DNA from: Faecousia sp.
Lineage (GTDB): Bacteria > Bacillota > Clostridia > Oscillospirales > Oscillospiraceae
Assembly: GCA_045577355.1 (NCBI GenBank)
Contig: JAZNIG010000060.1
Location: forward strand, 934-64,933
Direction of reading: 5' to 3'
Length of the DNA: 64,000 nt
Part shown: in pieces, positions 1 through 10,553 of the stretch
Layout: every line of letters begins with the position of its first letter
Position numbering within the stretch: the stretch's first letter is position 1
Program-made: the position numbers and the translations under genes
The notes under the pieces: generated by a model
Databases searched by the model: none
Told to the model about the DNA's origin: nothing
What the model saw: only the letters and a program-made list of their open reading frames with translations

Positions 1-114
1 CTGCTTCTGACAAAACGAGTTAATTTGGCATTTCGCATCGTCCCGGGAGGCAATCACAGTGAAGAATCCTGGGAAAAACAGATTCCTATTTTTATGGATT
101 GCTTAGGGCTATAA
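1..114 (+). CDS. C-terminal end of an alpha/beta-hydrolase (putative esterase), 5'-truncated by window
   Basis: Frame 1 reads LLLTKRVNLAFRIVPGGNHSEESWEKQIPIFMDCLGL*; GGxHxExxW is the catalytic-His motif of the putative esterase family; lies directly upstream of a second esterase. Confidence 0.7.
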   Translation: MLLTKRVNLAFRIVPGGNHSEESWEKQIPIFMDCLGL

Positions 115-125
115 GGAGAGACAAA

Positions 126-878
126 ATGGAAATTCGTTATTTTAAGCATTACAGCAGCCATTTGGGCAGAGACATGGAATTTAAAGTGTATGGGCATAGC
201 GGCAAGCCGGTCATGTTTATTCCTTGCCAGGGTGGACGTTTTTTTGATTTCGAAAATTTTAAGATGGTGGATCATTGGGCAAAGTGGATCGAAGAGGGCT
301 GCTGCACAGTCTATTCCATCGATTGCATTGATGGGGAGGCCTGGGGTGCACAGGGAGCGGATAATCGCTGGCGTATCGAGAACCATGAGCGTTGGTATCA
401 TTATGTAGTGGATGAAATGGTGCCTACGATTCGTCATTTGAGCGGAGAGCGCAATGGATATGATCAGCCTATTATGACTTTTGGCTGTTCTATGGGTGCC
501 ATGCATGCGGCAAATCTGTTTTTCCGCAGGCCCGATTTGTTTGACGCAGTATTTGCGATTTCCGGTTTGTATGATTCAGAGGAATTTTTTGGCGAATATA
601 TGGATGATCTGGTGTATAACAACTGTCCGGTCAATTATCTTGCCAATATGAGCTGGGATCATCCCTATATCCAAATGTACAATGAGCGAAAGATCCTGAT
701 TGTAGTAGGGCAGGGCAAGTGGGAGGAATCACTGATCGCCAGTACAAAACGTTTGGATGCAGTGCTATGTAATAAGGGTATTGGGGCGCAGGTGGATTAT
801 TGGGGTCATGACGTGGACCATGACTGGCCCTGGTGGTTTAAGATGGTTGAGCACTATGTTCCTCAATTCCTATATTAA
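126..878 (+). CDS. Putative esterase (alpha/beta hydrolase fold)
   Basis: GCSMG nucleophile elbow, HDWPWW catalytic His motif; RBS AAGGAG before ATG126. Confidence 0.85.
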   Translation: MEIRYFKHYSSHLGRDMEFKVYGHSGKPVMFIPCQGGRFFDFENFKMVDHWAKWIEEGCCTVYSIDCIDGEAWGAQGADNRWRIENHERWYHYVVDEMVPTIRHLSGERNGYDQPIMTFGCSMGAMHAANLFFRRPDLFDAVFAISGLYDSEEFFGEYMDDLVYNNCPVNYLANMSWDHPYIQMYNERKILIVVGQGKWEESLIASTKRLDAVLCNKGIGAQVDYWGHDVDHDWPWWFKMVEHYVPQFLY

Positions 879-899
879 GAAAAAGAAGGAGTACATACG

Positions 900-2093
900 A
901 TGAAGAACTTTATATTTATTTCTCCTAATTTTCCGGTAAGCTACTGGAAATTCTGTGCCGAGCTTAAAAATAACGGCATGCGGGTGCTGGGCATTGGTGA
1001 TTGCCCCTATGAGGAATTGAAGCAAGAGCTGCGGGATGCACTGCATGAATACTACAAAGTCAGCAATCTGGAAAACTATGAGGAAATTTTCCGGGCGGTT
1101 GCATTTTTTACATACAAATATGGAAAGATCGACTATCTGGAGTCCAATAACGAATACTGGCTGGAGCGAGATGCAACGCTGCGGACTGAGTTTCATATTA
1201 CCACCGGTTTTTTGTCGGAGGAAATGGAGAAGGTCAAGTGTAAGTCTGCCATGAAGGCGTTTTATGCTAAGGCCGGGATCCCAACTGCCCGGTATCATCT
1301 GGTGCAAGATTATGCGGACGCAGTAGCCTTTGCCAATGAAGTGGGCTACCCCGTGATCGTTAAGCCCGATAACGGTGTAGGGGCCAGCCGCACCTATCGC
1401 TTGTGCAGTGATGTGGAAGTACAGGAATTTATCAACACCAAGGATGATGTAGTGTACATTATGGAGGAGCAGGTCAATGGCGTTGTCTGCACCTATGATG
1501 CCATCATTGATGCGGAGGGACAGCCCCTGTTTGAATCCGGCAATGTGACACCCGTTTCACTCATGGATGTGGTCAATGATAATGGTGATTCTATCTACCA
1601 TATTGTAAGGGAACTGCCTGAGGATGTAAAGGATGCAGGATTGCGGACAGTAAAAGCCTTTGGCGTGAAGAGCCGATTTGTACATCTTGAATTCTTCCGT
1701 TTGAAGGAGGATCAGGCAGGTTTAGGCAAAGCGGGTGATGTGGTTGGCCTGGAGGTCAATATGCGGCCTTCCGGTGGCTATACACCGGATATGTATAATT
1801 ATGCATACGAGACGGATGTATACAAGATCTGGGCAGACATGATCGCCTTTAACAGAAGCACCAAGCCTTTGGGCAATCGGCATTTCTGTGCTTTTGTAGG
1901 CCGCCGGGACGAAAAGACCTATCAAATGGATGATGGTGCCATCGCAGCCAAGTACGGCAATCATTTAAAAATGCAGGGCCGGATCCCGGATGCGCTTGCC
2001 GGTGCCATGGGCAATCAGATGTATGTGGCGTGCTTTGATACAGAAGAGCAGATGAACGAATACTATCGGGATCTGTTGGCAAGTGCGCAGTAA
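900..2093 (+). CDS. Stand-alone ATP-grasp domain protein (putative carboxylate-amine ligase)
   Basis: GYPVIVKPDNGVGA, HLEFF and LEVNMRPSGG ATP-grasp motifs; RBS AAGGAG. Confidence 0.85.
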   Translation: MKNFIFISPNFPVSYWKFCAELKNNGMRVLGIGDCPYEELKQELRDALHEYYKVSNLENYEEIFRAVAFFTYKYGKIDYLESNNEYWLERDATLRTEFHITTGFLSEEMEKVKCKSAMKAFYAKAGIPTARYHLVQDYADAVAFANEVGYPVIVKPDNGVGASRTYRLCSDVEVQEFINTKDDVVYIMEEQVNGVVCTYDAIIDAEGQPLFESGNVTPVSLMDVVNDNGDSIYHIVRELPEDVKDAGLRTVKAFGVKSRFVHLEFFRLKEDQAGLGKAGDVVGLEVNMRPSGGYTPDMYNYAYETDVYKIWADMIAFNRSTKPLGNRHFCAFVGRRDEKTYQMDDGAIAAKYGNHLKMQGRIPDALAGAMGNQMYVACFDTEEQMNEYYRDLLASAQ

Positions 2094-2125
2094 TTTTGGT
2101 AATCCGCAGAAATTTATGAAAAAGG

Positions 2126-2154
2126 TTGCAATTTCTCTGAAAATCTACTAAAAT
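2126..2154 (+). promoter_or_regulatory. SigA-type promoter of ArsR gene
   Basis: TTGCAA-N17-TAAAAT. Confidence 0.55.
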
Positions 2155-2181
2155 ATTAGAAAAAGAGAAGGAGGGACCTGG

Positions 2182-2475
2182 ATGCAGACAGTGCCCGAAA
2201 AAGAAACCTTGGAACAGATCGCGGAGCTTTTTAAAGGATTCGGCGATGCCACCCGGGTCCATATCCTGTCGCTGCTTGTGGAGCAGGAGTTGTGCGTGAA
2301 CCACATTGCACAGGCTGTAGAGTTGTCACAAAGTGCCATCTCTCACCAGCTGCGGATCCTGAAGCAGATGCACCTGATCAAATACCGCCGGGATGGGAAA
2401 AACATCCTCTACTCTCTGGCGGATGACCATGTACGGACCATCCTGCAAATGGGATTGGAGCATGTATTGGAATAA
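2182..2475 (+). CDS. ArsR/SmtB-family metalloregulator
   Basis: ELCV..IA...LSQSAISHQL HTH; alpha5 DDH...EH metal site as in CzrA/SmtB; RBS AAGGAGG. Confidence 0.9.
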   Translation: MQTVPEKETLEQIAELFKGFGDATRVHILSLLVEQELCVNHIAQAVELSQSAISHQLRILKQMHLIKYRRDGKNILYSLADDHVRTILQMGLEHVLE

Positions 2476-2502
2476 AATAAGATTGCCTTACGGCATATTA
2501 CA

Positions 2503-2540
2503 GCGGGAAGTACGGAATACTTCCCGCCGTATTTATTTTT
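2503..2540 (+). terminator. Rho-independent terminator
   Basis: GCGGGAAGTA/TACTTCCCGC stem followed by T-rich tract. Confidence 0.75.
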
Positions 2541-2708
2541 CGCAGAGAAAATCAGTCCTTTTGTCAAATAGTTTTGGTAAAGCGGTACCGGGTTTCTCCT
2601 GGATTCCCTTGAATCGGCGGCAAAACAACTTCTATAATGGGCATACGTTACAGAAGGGTGGCAGGAAACGATGTCAAAGGTTTTTTTTGAAGATTTGGTG
2701 GTACGGTT

Positions 2709-3443
2709 ATGAGGCGGGCAATGTTGTTAGTAGTGGGGCTTAGTGCGGGTTTCGGCGTGTTGTGGCTTCTTTTGTTTAACGGGCAAAAAACACTGGCTTA
2801 TTATCTGTCATCTCAGCCGGTGCTCAGCGTATCACCCGGTCAAGTGTCAGAACAGCCCCGAGCGGAGGAAATCGTTCTGCCATTTCCGGTACCGGGTACT
2901 TGCCTTGTAGCGGAACAAATTGTTTTGTACGAGGGTCCCTTTCTGGAACCTGGCAGCACCGAGGAAACGATACAGACAGCAGCACTGCTCCTGCGAAACA
3001 CCGGGGAATTTGGCGTGGAAAGTGCCAGGGTCATTTTTGAGGCTGGCGCTGTAAAGCTGGTTTTTGAGGCAGATACTATACCGGCAGGGCAGGCGGTGCT
3101 GGTGATGGAAAAGGACGGAAGGGAATACGGGCCACAGAAGTTTACCGGCTGCACCGGTTGGGCAGTTTGCGGCTTTGGGAGTTGGAGCAGAGAGGAACTG
3201 CTGGAGATAAAGAGTGTGGGCATGGGAGCTGTAGTTATCACAAATCAGACAGATAGGGTGCTCACAGATATTCAGCTATACTACAAGAGCTACCTGCCGG
3301 AGCCGGGATTTTACGTAGGAGGGCATACCTTTATATGCCTGATTGAGCGGCTGGAAGCCAGTCAGACAATATGTATATATCCATCTCATTATGCAAATGG
3401 ATACAGTGGCTTTGTCAAGGTAGAGGTTACGGGAATCCAATAA
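2709..3443 (+). CDS. Hypothetical N-terminally membrane-anchored protein
   Basis: 244-aa ORF, hydrophobic N-terminal segment, two beta-rich halves (LLRNTG / VITNQT). Confidence 0.7.
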   Translation: MRRAMLLVVGLSAGFGVLWLLLFNGQKTLAYYLSSQPVLSVSPGQVSEQPRAEEIVLPFPVPGTCLVAEQIVLYEGPFLEPGSTEETIQTAALLLRNTGEFGVESARVIFEAGAVKLVFEADTIPAGQAVLVMEKDGREYGPQKFTGCTGWAVCGFGSWSREELLEIKSVGMGAVVITNQTDRVLTDIQLYYKSYLPEPGFYVGGHTFICLIERLEASQTICIYPSHYANGYSGFVKVEVTGIQ

Positions 3444-3558
3444 TTGGTAAGAATTATGGTGTAATTAAGTGGCTGTATTTCCGATAGATGGTCAACTTTT
3501 GTGCAATTGGATGAAAGTTTGGGAAAAGGGAGAGGTTGGATGTATAGAAACGCCAAAT

Positions 3559-3610
3559 ATTGAATAAATATGTAAACATGGTTGACATATGCAGGGGATA
3601 GTTGTATAAT
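3559..3610 (+). promoter_or_regulatory. arg operon SigA promoter with upstream ARG box (ArgR site)
   Basis: TTGACA(3582)-N17-TATAAT(3605); TGAAT-AAAT-ATGTA at 3561 matches ARG consensus TGAAT-N4-ATTCA. Confidence 0.75.
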
Positions 3611-3651
3611 TTGGCGTATATCAAAGAATGCAGCGCATAGGAGGAATTGTT

Positions 3652-4866
3652 ATGAATAAGGAATCTATCAAGAAGGTCGTCCTGGCCTATTCCGGTGGTC
3701 TGGATACTTCCATTATTATCCCTTGGCTTAAAGAAAACTACAATAACTGTGAAGTTATCGCGGTTTCCGGTAATGTGGGCCAGGCCGATGAGTTGGAAGG
3801 CTTGGAAGAGAAGGCATTGAAAACCGGCGCATCCAAGCTGTATGTGCTGGATCAGACCGACGACTATGTGGACAACTATATCATTCCCACCATGAAAGCC
3901 GGCGCAGTGTATGAGGAATACTTGTTGGGCACTAGTCATGCCCGTCCCTGTATCGCAAAGGGACTGGTGGAGATTGCACTGAAAGAGGGTGCAGACGCCA
4001 TTTGTCACGGCTGCACCGGTAAGGGTAATGACCAGGTTCGTTTTGAACTGGCGATTAAGCATTTTGCTCCCAATATGCCTATCATCGCTCCCTGGCGTGA
4101 GTGGAATATTAAGTCCCGGGAAGAGGAGATCGAGTACGCAGAAGCCCATAATATACCCTTGAAGATTACCCGTGAGACCAACTACTCCAAGGATAAGAAC
4201 CTGTGGCATCTGAGCCACGAGGGTATGGATCTGGAGGACACCGGCAATGAGCCCCAGTACGAGAAGCCCGGTTTCCTGGAAATGAGTGTTTCTCCCGTTC
4301 AGGCTCCGGATGTGCCTACTTATGTAACATTGGAGTTTGAGCAGGGCGTGCCTGTTGCGCTGGACGGCGAGAAGATGAGTGCAAAGAATATCATTTTGAA
4401 GCTCAATCAGATCGGCGGCGCCAACGGTATTGGCATTATCGACATCGTAGAAAACCGTCTGGTAGGTATGAAGTGCCGGGGCGTGTATGAGACTCCCGGC
4501 GGCACAATCCTCTACAAGGCACACAGTGTACTGGAGAGTGTATGTCTGGATAAGATGACGCTCCATGAAAAGCAGAGACTGTCTATCACCTTTGCTGAGC
4601 TGGTCTATAACGGTCAGTGGTTTACGCCCCTGCGGGAGGCCTTGAGCGCGTTTGTGGACAAGACACAGGAGAATGTGACGGGCAAAGTCCGGCTCAAGCT
4701 GTATAAGGGAAATATGATCAACGCCGGTGTATGGAGCCCCTATTCCCTCTATAGCGAGGCCATCGCGACCTTCGGCGAAAGTGACTACAATCAGGCAGAT
4801 GCCGCCGGTTTCATTAACCTTTACGGTCTGCCGATTAAGGTTAAGGCCGTGGTCGATGGTAAGTAA
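3652..4866 (+). CDS. argG: Argininosuccinate synthase
   Basis: [35 protein letters not shown]; RBS AGGAGG. Confidence 0.97.
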   Translation: MNKESIKKVVLAYSGGLDTSIIIPWLKENYNNCEVIAVSGNVGQADELEGLEEKALKTGASKLYVLDQTDDYVDNYIIPTMKAGAVYEEYLLGTSHARPCIAKGLVEIALKEGADAICHGCTGKGNDQVRFELAIKHFAPNMPIIAPWREWNIKSREEEIEYAEAHNIPLKITRETNYSKDKNLWHLSHEGMDLEDTGNEPQYEKPGFLEMSVSPVQAPDVPTYVTLEFEQGVPVALDGEKMSAKNIILKLNQIGGANGIGIIDIVENRLVGMKCRGVYETPGGTILYKAHSVLESVCLDKMTLHEKQRLSITFAELVYNGQWFTPLREALSAFVDKTQENVTGKVRLKLYKGNMINAGVWSPYSLYSEAIATFGESDYNQADAAGFINLYGLPIKVKAVVDGK

Positions 4867-4883
4867 TTCAGAATATTTATCCA

Positions 4884-4909
4884 TGTAGGGCGGGGGCTTG
4901 CTCCCGCCA
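4884..4909 (+). repeat. GTAG-type REP-like palindromic element
   Basis: TGTAGGGCGGGGGCTTGCTCCCGCCA, identical to 11651-11676. Confidence 0.75.
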
Positions 4910-4937
4910 TACAATGTTTTTTTGAGGAGAACGTACA

Positions 4938-6314
4938 ATGGCAAAAATGTGGGCCGGAAGAACAGACGGCACGACAGAAAAGATTGCAGACGATTTTAAT
5001 TCCTCTATTCGCTTTGACAGCCGGATGTACCGACAGGACATTACCGGCTCTATGGCCCATGCGGCCATGCTGGCGGCCTGTGGAATTATTTCCCAAGCAG
5101 ATGCAGATACCTTAATCACAGGGCTGGAGCAGATCCTGCAGGACATTGATAGCGGCAAACTGCCTATTGATATGGAATGTGAGGATATCCATATGTTTGT
5201 GGAAGCTGTGTTGACTGCCCGTCTGGGTGATGTGGGCAAGAAACTGCACACCGCCAGAAGCCGCAATGATCAGGTTGCTTTGGATGTGCGCATGTATCTG
5301 CGGGACCAGATTGACCAGATCAGTGAGCTGACCAAGGCACTGATTGCAGCTATTACAGAAAAGGCAGAGTTTTACCACGATGCGATTATGCCCGGCTACA
5401 CCCATCTGCAGCGTGCACAGCCCATTACCTTTGGGCAGCATCTGATGGCCTATGCCATGATGTTGCTGCGGGATCTGGACCGTTTGGCTGATACCAGAAA
5501 GCGTACGAATCAGTCTCCTATTGGCTGTTGTGCTCTGGCAGGCACCACTTATGATACCGATAGATATTTTGAGGCCCAAAAGCTGGGCTTTGATGGGATT
5601 TGCCTAAATTCTCTGGACGGTGTGTCTGACCGGGATTTCTGCGTAGAACTGATGAGTACCATTAGCTTGCTGATGATGCATCTTTCCCGGTTTTCTGAGG
5701 AGATTATTCTATGGTCCTCTTGGGAATTTAAGTTTGTTGAGCTGTCCGATGCCTATACTACCGGCTCGTCCATCATGCCCCAGAAGAAGAATCCGGATAT
5801 GGCAGAGCTTGTCCGGGGCAAGACCGGACGTGTTTATGGCGATCTGATGGCGCTGCTGACTACACTGAAGGGGCTGCCTTTGGCATACAACAAGGATATG
5901 CAGGAGGACAAGGAGGCTGTCTTTGATGCCTGTGACACAGTGAAGATGTGCCTGCAGGTTTTTGCAGGCATGATCGCCACACTGACTGCAAACCGGGGAA
6001 ATATGCTTAAGGCGGCGCAAAAGGGTTTTATCAACGCAACCGATCTGGCGGATTATCTGGTGAAAAAGGGGCTGCCGTTTCGTAGCGCGTATAAGATATC
6101 CGGTCAGTTAGTGGCCCTGTGTATCCGGAAAAATATAGTCTTGGAGGAGTTGCCGCTGGAGACCTACCGATCCTACAGTCCGCTGTTTGATGAGGACCTG
6201 TATCCTGAGATCGCACTTCAGACCTGTGTGGAAAAGCGGATCTCCCAGGGCGGTACCTGTGCAGCTTCAGTAAAGGCACAGATAACTTATGTGAAGGAAA
6301 CACTGAGCTTATGA
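4938..6314 (+). CDS. argH: Argininosuccinate lyase
   Basis: LHTARSRNDQV, PGYTHLQRAQP, GSSIMPQKKNPD. Confidence 0.97.
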   Translation: MAKMWAGRTDGTTEKIADDFNSSIRFDSRMYRQDITGSMAHAAMLAACGIISQADADTLITGLEQILQDIDSGKLPIDMECEDIHMFVEAVLTARLGDVGKKLHTARSRNDQVALDVRMYLRDQIDQISELTKALIAAITEKAEFYHDAIMPGYTHLQRAQPITFGQHLMAYAMMLLRDLDRLADTRKRTNQSPIGCCALAGTTYDTDRYFEAQKLGFDGICLNSLDGVSDRDFCVELMSTISLLMMHLSRFSEEIILWSSWEFKFVELSDAYTTGSSIMPQKKNPDMAELVRGKTGRVYGDLMALLTTLKGLPLAYNKDMQEDKEAVFDACDTVKMCLQVFAGMIATLTANRGNMLKAAQKGFINATDLADYLVKKGLPFRSAYKISGQLVALCIRKNIVLEELPLETYRSYSPLFDEDLYPEIALQTCVEKRISQGGTCAASVKAQITYVKETLSL

Positions 6315-7234
6315 CAAAGGTATTTATAGATGGCAGCGCAGGCACGACGGGGCTGCGGATTGCCGATAGATTGGCGCTGCGGCAGGATATGGAACTGGTC
6401 AGGCTGCCAGAAGAGCGTCGGAAGGATTTAGGCGCCCGTGCAGAGGCTATTAACGGTGCGGATATTGTATTTCTGTGTCTGCCGGATGCAGCGGCAATAG
6501 AAGCAGTGTCGTTAGTACAGAGCCAGAAAGTGAAAATTATCGACACCTCCACAGCCCACCGGACAGACGCAGATTGGGCCTACGGCTTTCCAGAACTGGC
6601 AGGTCTTCGTCAGAAAATCGCAGCATCCAGGCGCATTGCAAATCCGGGATGTCACGCAAGCGGGTTTGTGGCGCTGATCGCACCTCTGGTGCAGGCGGGG
6701 ATCGTACCCACGGATTTACCCCTGAGCTGCTTTTCACTGACTGGCTATTCCGGCGGCGGTAAAAAAATGATTGCGGAGTATGAAGCGGCTGAAAGAAGTT
6801 CGTTGTTAAAGGGGCCCCGGCAGTACGCCCTGACTCAGCAGCATAAACATTTGAAAGAAATTGTGAAGCTTTGCGGTATCAGCTGCACGCCTGTATTTTG
6901 TCCCATTGTAGCAGATTTTTACAGCGGTATGGAGGTTACTATACCCCTGTTTGCTGATATGATAAATGGCACTGCGGATCAGATCCGGCAGCTTTACCGG
7001 GATTATTATGCACAGGGATTGGTCCACTATTGTGATGATACAGATGGGGATGGATTGCTGTCTGCAGGAGCCTATTCCGGAAGAGATGATATGCAGGTCA
7101 GTGTACATGGCAACGAAGAGCGGATCCTGCTGACCGCCCGGTTTGATAATCTGGGAAAGGGCGCATCTGGTGCGGCCATCCAGAATATGAATATTTTACT
7201 TGGCATTGATGAGACAACAGGGCTGAATGTATAA
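6311..7234 (+). CDS. argC: N-acetyl-gamma-glutamyl-phosphate reductase (short/alternative type)
   Basis: VFIDGSAGTTG, ANPGCHASGF, DNLGKGASGAAIQN. Confidence 0.95.
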   Translation: MTKVFIDGSAGTTGLRIADRLALRQDMELVRLPEERRKDLGARAEAINGADIVFLCLPDAAAIEAVSLVQSQKVKIIDTSTAHRTDADWAYGFPELAGLRQKIAASRRIANPGCHASGFVALIAPLVQAGIVPTDLPLSCFSLTGYSGGGKKMIAEYEAAERSSLLKGPRQYALTQQHKHLKEIVKLCGISCTPVFCPIVADFYSGMEVTIPLFADMINGTADQIRQLYRDYYAQGLVHYCDDTDGDGLLSAGAYSGRDDMQVSVHGNEERILLTARFDNLGKGASGAAIQNMNILLGIDETTGLNV

Positions 7235-7258
7235 GCCTGAGATAAAGAGAGGAATACC

Positions 7259-8473
7259 ATGAAACAGATTTCTGGCGGCGTATGTGCCGCAAAGGGCTAT
7301 CGAGCCAACGGAATCCATTGCGGGATCCGGCATAACCGTACCAAAAGGGATCTGGCGCTGATCGTCAGTCAGGTGCCAGCCACAGCAGCGGCAGTCTACA
7401 CTACCAATCTGGTGAAGGGTGCGCCCCTAACAGTCACAAAGCAGCATCTGGAAAACGGTGTTGCCCAAGCTGTGATCTGCAACAGCGGCAATGCCAACAC
7501 TTGTAATGCCAACGGTTTGGAAATTGCTCAGGCTATGTGCGAGCTGGTTCAGCAGTCCACGGGCGTGAAAGCAGAGGATGTGGTGGTGGCCTCTACAGGT
7601 GTGATCGGCCAGCCGCTGAGCATTGATCCTATTGCTGCCAGTATGAACGAGCTGGCAGCTGGCTTGTCCGTAAGCGGCAGTAACGTCGCAGCGGAAGCAA
7701 TCATGACTACAGACCTGCGGATGAAGGAAGTTGCTGTGGAGTTTACAGTGGGTGGAAAGGTCTGCCGGATGGGCGGCATCGCCAAAGGCAGCGGCATGAT
7801 CCATCCAAACATGGCAACAATGCTGGTATTTATTACCACTGATGTGGCCATCAGTGCTGAAATGCTGCAAAAGGCGCTGTCTTCTGACATTGCAGCTACC
7901 TTTAATATGCTGAGCATTGACGGTGATACCTCTACCAATGACATGGTAACAGTTCTGGCAAACGGCATGGCTGAAAACGCTGAAATTACTTCAGAGGGAC
8001 AGGATTTTACCGTATTTATGCAGGCGCTCAATACAGTCAATGTGACCCTTTGCCGGATGATTGCCGGTGATGGTGAGGGTGCAACTAAGTTGCTGGAGTG
8101 TAAGGTCACAGGTGCTGATACGGAAGATGCGGCTAAAAAGAGTGCAAAAAGCGTGATTTGCTCCAGCCTGCTGAAAGCGGCAATGTTTGGCGCGGATGCC
8201 AACTGGGGACGTGTACTTTGTGCTATCGGCTACAGCGGCGCGGATGTGGATGTAAGTAAGATCGATGTGTCATTCCAATCAGCAAAGGGTACAGTGCAGG
8301 TTTGCAAGGATGGCGCGGGCGTTCCCTTTAGTGAAGAAAAGGCGAAGGAAATCCTGTTGGAGCCTGAAATTGAGATTTTAATCAGTGTCGGTGACGGCCC
8401 TTACAATGCCTGTGCCTGGGGCTGTGATCTGACTTATGATTATGTAAAAATCAATGGCGATTATCGGACCTGA
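7259..8473 (+). CDS. argJ: Bifunctional ornithine acetyltransferase/N-acetylglutamate synthase
   Basis: KGSGMIHPNMATML autocleavage motif, IDGDTSTND, GCDLTYDYVKIN. Confidence 0.97.
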   Translation: MKQISGGVCAAKGYRANGIHCGIRHNRTKRDLALIVSQVPATAAAVYTTNLVKGAPLTVTKQHLENGVAQAVICNSGNANTCNANGLEIAQAMCELVQQSTGVKAEDVVVASTGVIGQPLSIDPIAASMNELAAGLSVSGSNVAAEAIMTTDLRMKEVAVEFTVGGKVCRMGGIAKGSGMIHPNMATMLVFITTDVAISAEMLQKALSSDIAATFNMLSIDGDTSTNDMVTVLANGMAENAEITSEGQDFTVFMQALNTVNVTLCRMIAGDGEGATKLLECKVTGADTEDAAKKSAKSVICSSLLKAAMFGADANWGRVLCAIGYSGADVDVSKIDVSFQSAKGTVQVCKDGAGVPFSEEKAKEILLEPEIEILISVGDGPYNACAWGCDLTYDYVKINGDYRT

Positions 8474-8504
8474 TCATTGATTTGAAATTAGGAGTATGAT
8501 CATC

Positions 8505-9368
8505 ATGGATGTAAATTTTTCCAATGCGGAGCGGGCAGAGGTGCTGACTGCGGCACTGCCTTATATTAAAAAGTATAGCGGCAAAATTGTAGTTATTAAA
8601 TACGGCGGCAATGCCATGATCAATCCGCAGTTAAAGGAGCAGGTCATGGAGGACATTGCATTGCTTTGGCTCATTGGTGTGAAGGTCGTGCTGATCCACG
8701 GCGGCGGCCCGGAGATCAGCCAGACCATGGAAAAACTGGGCAAGAAGGCTGTATTTGTGGATGGACTGCGTGTCACTGATAAGGAGACAGTTGATATTGT
8801 ACAGATGGTGCTGGCCGGCAAGGTGAACAAGAGTTTGGTCAATCTGATCCAGATGAAGGGCGGCCATGCTGTTGGCTTGTCCGGTATTGACGGCGGTATT
8901 ATTGAGGCGAAAATGAAGAATGAAGCCTTGGGCTATGTTGGTCAAATCACCAAGATCCGCACACAACCGATCACTGACCTGTTGGAAAAGAATTACATTC
9001 CGGTTATTTCCACTGTTGCCAGTGACCGACAGGGCAACACCTATAATATCAATGGGGATACAGCGGCTGCGCATATTGCTGGTGCTTTGGGGGCGGAACG
9101 GCTGATCATGATGACAGATATTGCTGGTATTCTCCGGGATAAGGACGATGTGTCCACACTGATCCCGCACGTGACGGTGGAAGAGGCAAAAAAACTGTAC
9201 GATGATGGGGTTGTTTCCGGCGGCATGATCCCCAAGGTGGATTGCTGCATTGAAGCGTTGGAGCATGGCGTCAAGCATGTGGTCATTATGGATGGACGGA
9301 TCCCACATTCGATCCTGATGGAGCTGTTGACCGATGAAGGTGCAGGAACCATGGTAACAAAGGGTTGA
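8505..9368 (+). CDS. argB: Acetylglutamate kinase
   Basis: VIKYGGNAM, HGGGPEI, NINGD, GGMIPK; start 8505 chosen from RBS spacing (alternative 8496). Confidence 0.95.
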   Translation: MDVNFSNAERAEVLTAALPYIKKYSGKIVVIKYGGNAMINPQLKEQVMEDIALLWLIGVKVVLIHGGGPEISQTMEKLGKKAVFVDGLRVTDKETVDIVQMVLAGKVNKSLVNLIQMKGGHAVGLSGIDGGIIEAKMKNEALGYVGQITKIRTQPITDLLEKNYIPVISTVASDRQGNTYNINGDTAAAHIAGALGAERLIMMTDIAGILRDKDDVSTLIPHVTVEEAKKLYDDGVVSGGMIPKVDCCIEALEHGVKHVVIMDGRIPHSILMELLTDEGAGTMVTKG

Positions 9369-9372
9369 AACA

Positions 9373-10539
9373 ATGGAAGATATTATTTCTTTGGATAAAC
9401 AGTATATTGCCTGTACTTACGGACGGTTCCCTGTGGAGCTGGTGTCGGGTAAGGGAAGTCAGCTGACTGGTGTGGATGGAAAGCAATATATTGATATGGG
9501 TTCCGGCATCGCCGTATCCAGCTTCGGTACTGCGGACGATGTATGGGCAGCGGCAGTGACAGAGCAGCTTACCAAGCTGCAGCATACGTCCAATTTGTAC
9601 TATACCAGCCCCTGCGTGCATCTGGCAAAGTTATTATGCGAAAAGACCGGCATGAAAAAGGTGTTCTTTTCCAATTCCGGTGCGGAGGCCAATGAATGTG
9701 CCATTAAGGTGGCACGGAAATACTCTGGGCAGAAAAAAGGCGCAGATTGCTACACGATCGTGACGTTACAAAACAGCTTTCATGGCAGGACCTTGACAAC
9801 ACTTGCGGCTACCGGACAGGCGCATTATCACGAGTTGTTCCAGCCTCTGACACCCGGCTTTGTTCATGTGGAAGCAAATGATATTGAGGGCCTGAAAAAG
9901 GCTGTCAGCGAGACAAAGGTTGCCGGCATCCTGATGGAATGTGTTCAGGGTGAGGGCGGTGTACTTCCTATTAGTAGAGAGTTTATGGAAGCTTCTGCTG
10001 AGATTTGCAAGAACCAGGATATCCCGCTGATGATCGACGAAGTCCAGACCGGCAACGGCCGTAGCGGTATGCTCTATGCTTACATGCACTATGGCGTACA
10101 GCCGGATATCGTATCCACGGCCAAGGGCCTGGGCGGAGGTCTGCCCATTGGTGCGACCCTACTCAGCGAAAAGGTACAGGATGTACTGCAGCCCGGTGAC
10201 CACGGCTCTACTTATGGCGGAAATCCTGTCTGTTGCGCAGGTGCATTGAGCGTAATTAGCCGCCTGGATGAAGGATTTTTAGATCAGGTAAGGAAAAAGA
10301 GCGAATATATATTTAACCAGCTGCAGGGTGCTCCAGGTGTTGATGAGGTTACAGGCATGGGACTGATGATCGGCATCAAAACGGCTCGGGATGCAAAGGA
10401 TGTGCTCGCAGTATGCCGTGAGAAGGGCGTCCTTTGCCTAACAGCCAAGGACAAGGTTCGGCTTTTGCCGCCGCTGAATATCCCCATGGAGCTGCTGCAG
10501 CAGGCTGTATTGGTCATACAGGAAGCCTGTGCAGGCTAA
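9373..10539 (+). CDS. argD: Acetylornithine aminotransferase
   Basis: [28 protein letters not shown] class III PLP motifs. Confidence 0.93.
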   Translation: MEDIISLDKQYIACTYGRFPVELVSGKGSQLTGVDGKQYIDMGSGIAVSSFGTADDVWAAAVTEQLTKLQHTSNLYYTSPCVHLAKLLCEKTGMKKVFFSNSGAEANECAIKVARKYSGQKKGADCYTIVTLQNSFHGRTLTTLAATGQAHYHELFQPLTPGFVHVEANDIEGLKKAVSETKVAGILMECVQGEGGVLPISREFMEASAEICKNQDIPLMIDEVQTGNGRSGMLYAYMHYGVQPDIVSTAKGLGGGLPIGATLLSEKVQDVLQPGDHGSTYGGNPVCCAGALSVISRLDEGFLDQVRKKSEYIFNQLQGAPGVDEVTGMGLMIGIKTARDAKDVLAVCREKGVLCLTAKDKVRLLPPLNIPMELLQQAVLVIQEACAG

Positions 10540-10553
10540 GAGGAGTAATAAGT

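Noticed and set aside
900-2093. ATP-grasp protein as carB completing the arg pathway
   Set aside because: Only 397 aa with one ATP-grasp domain, no CarB N-terminal signature, no carA nearby
3454-4944. 496-aa antisense ORF over argG
   Set aside because: Shadow frame of a codon-biased gene; no recognisable motifs
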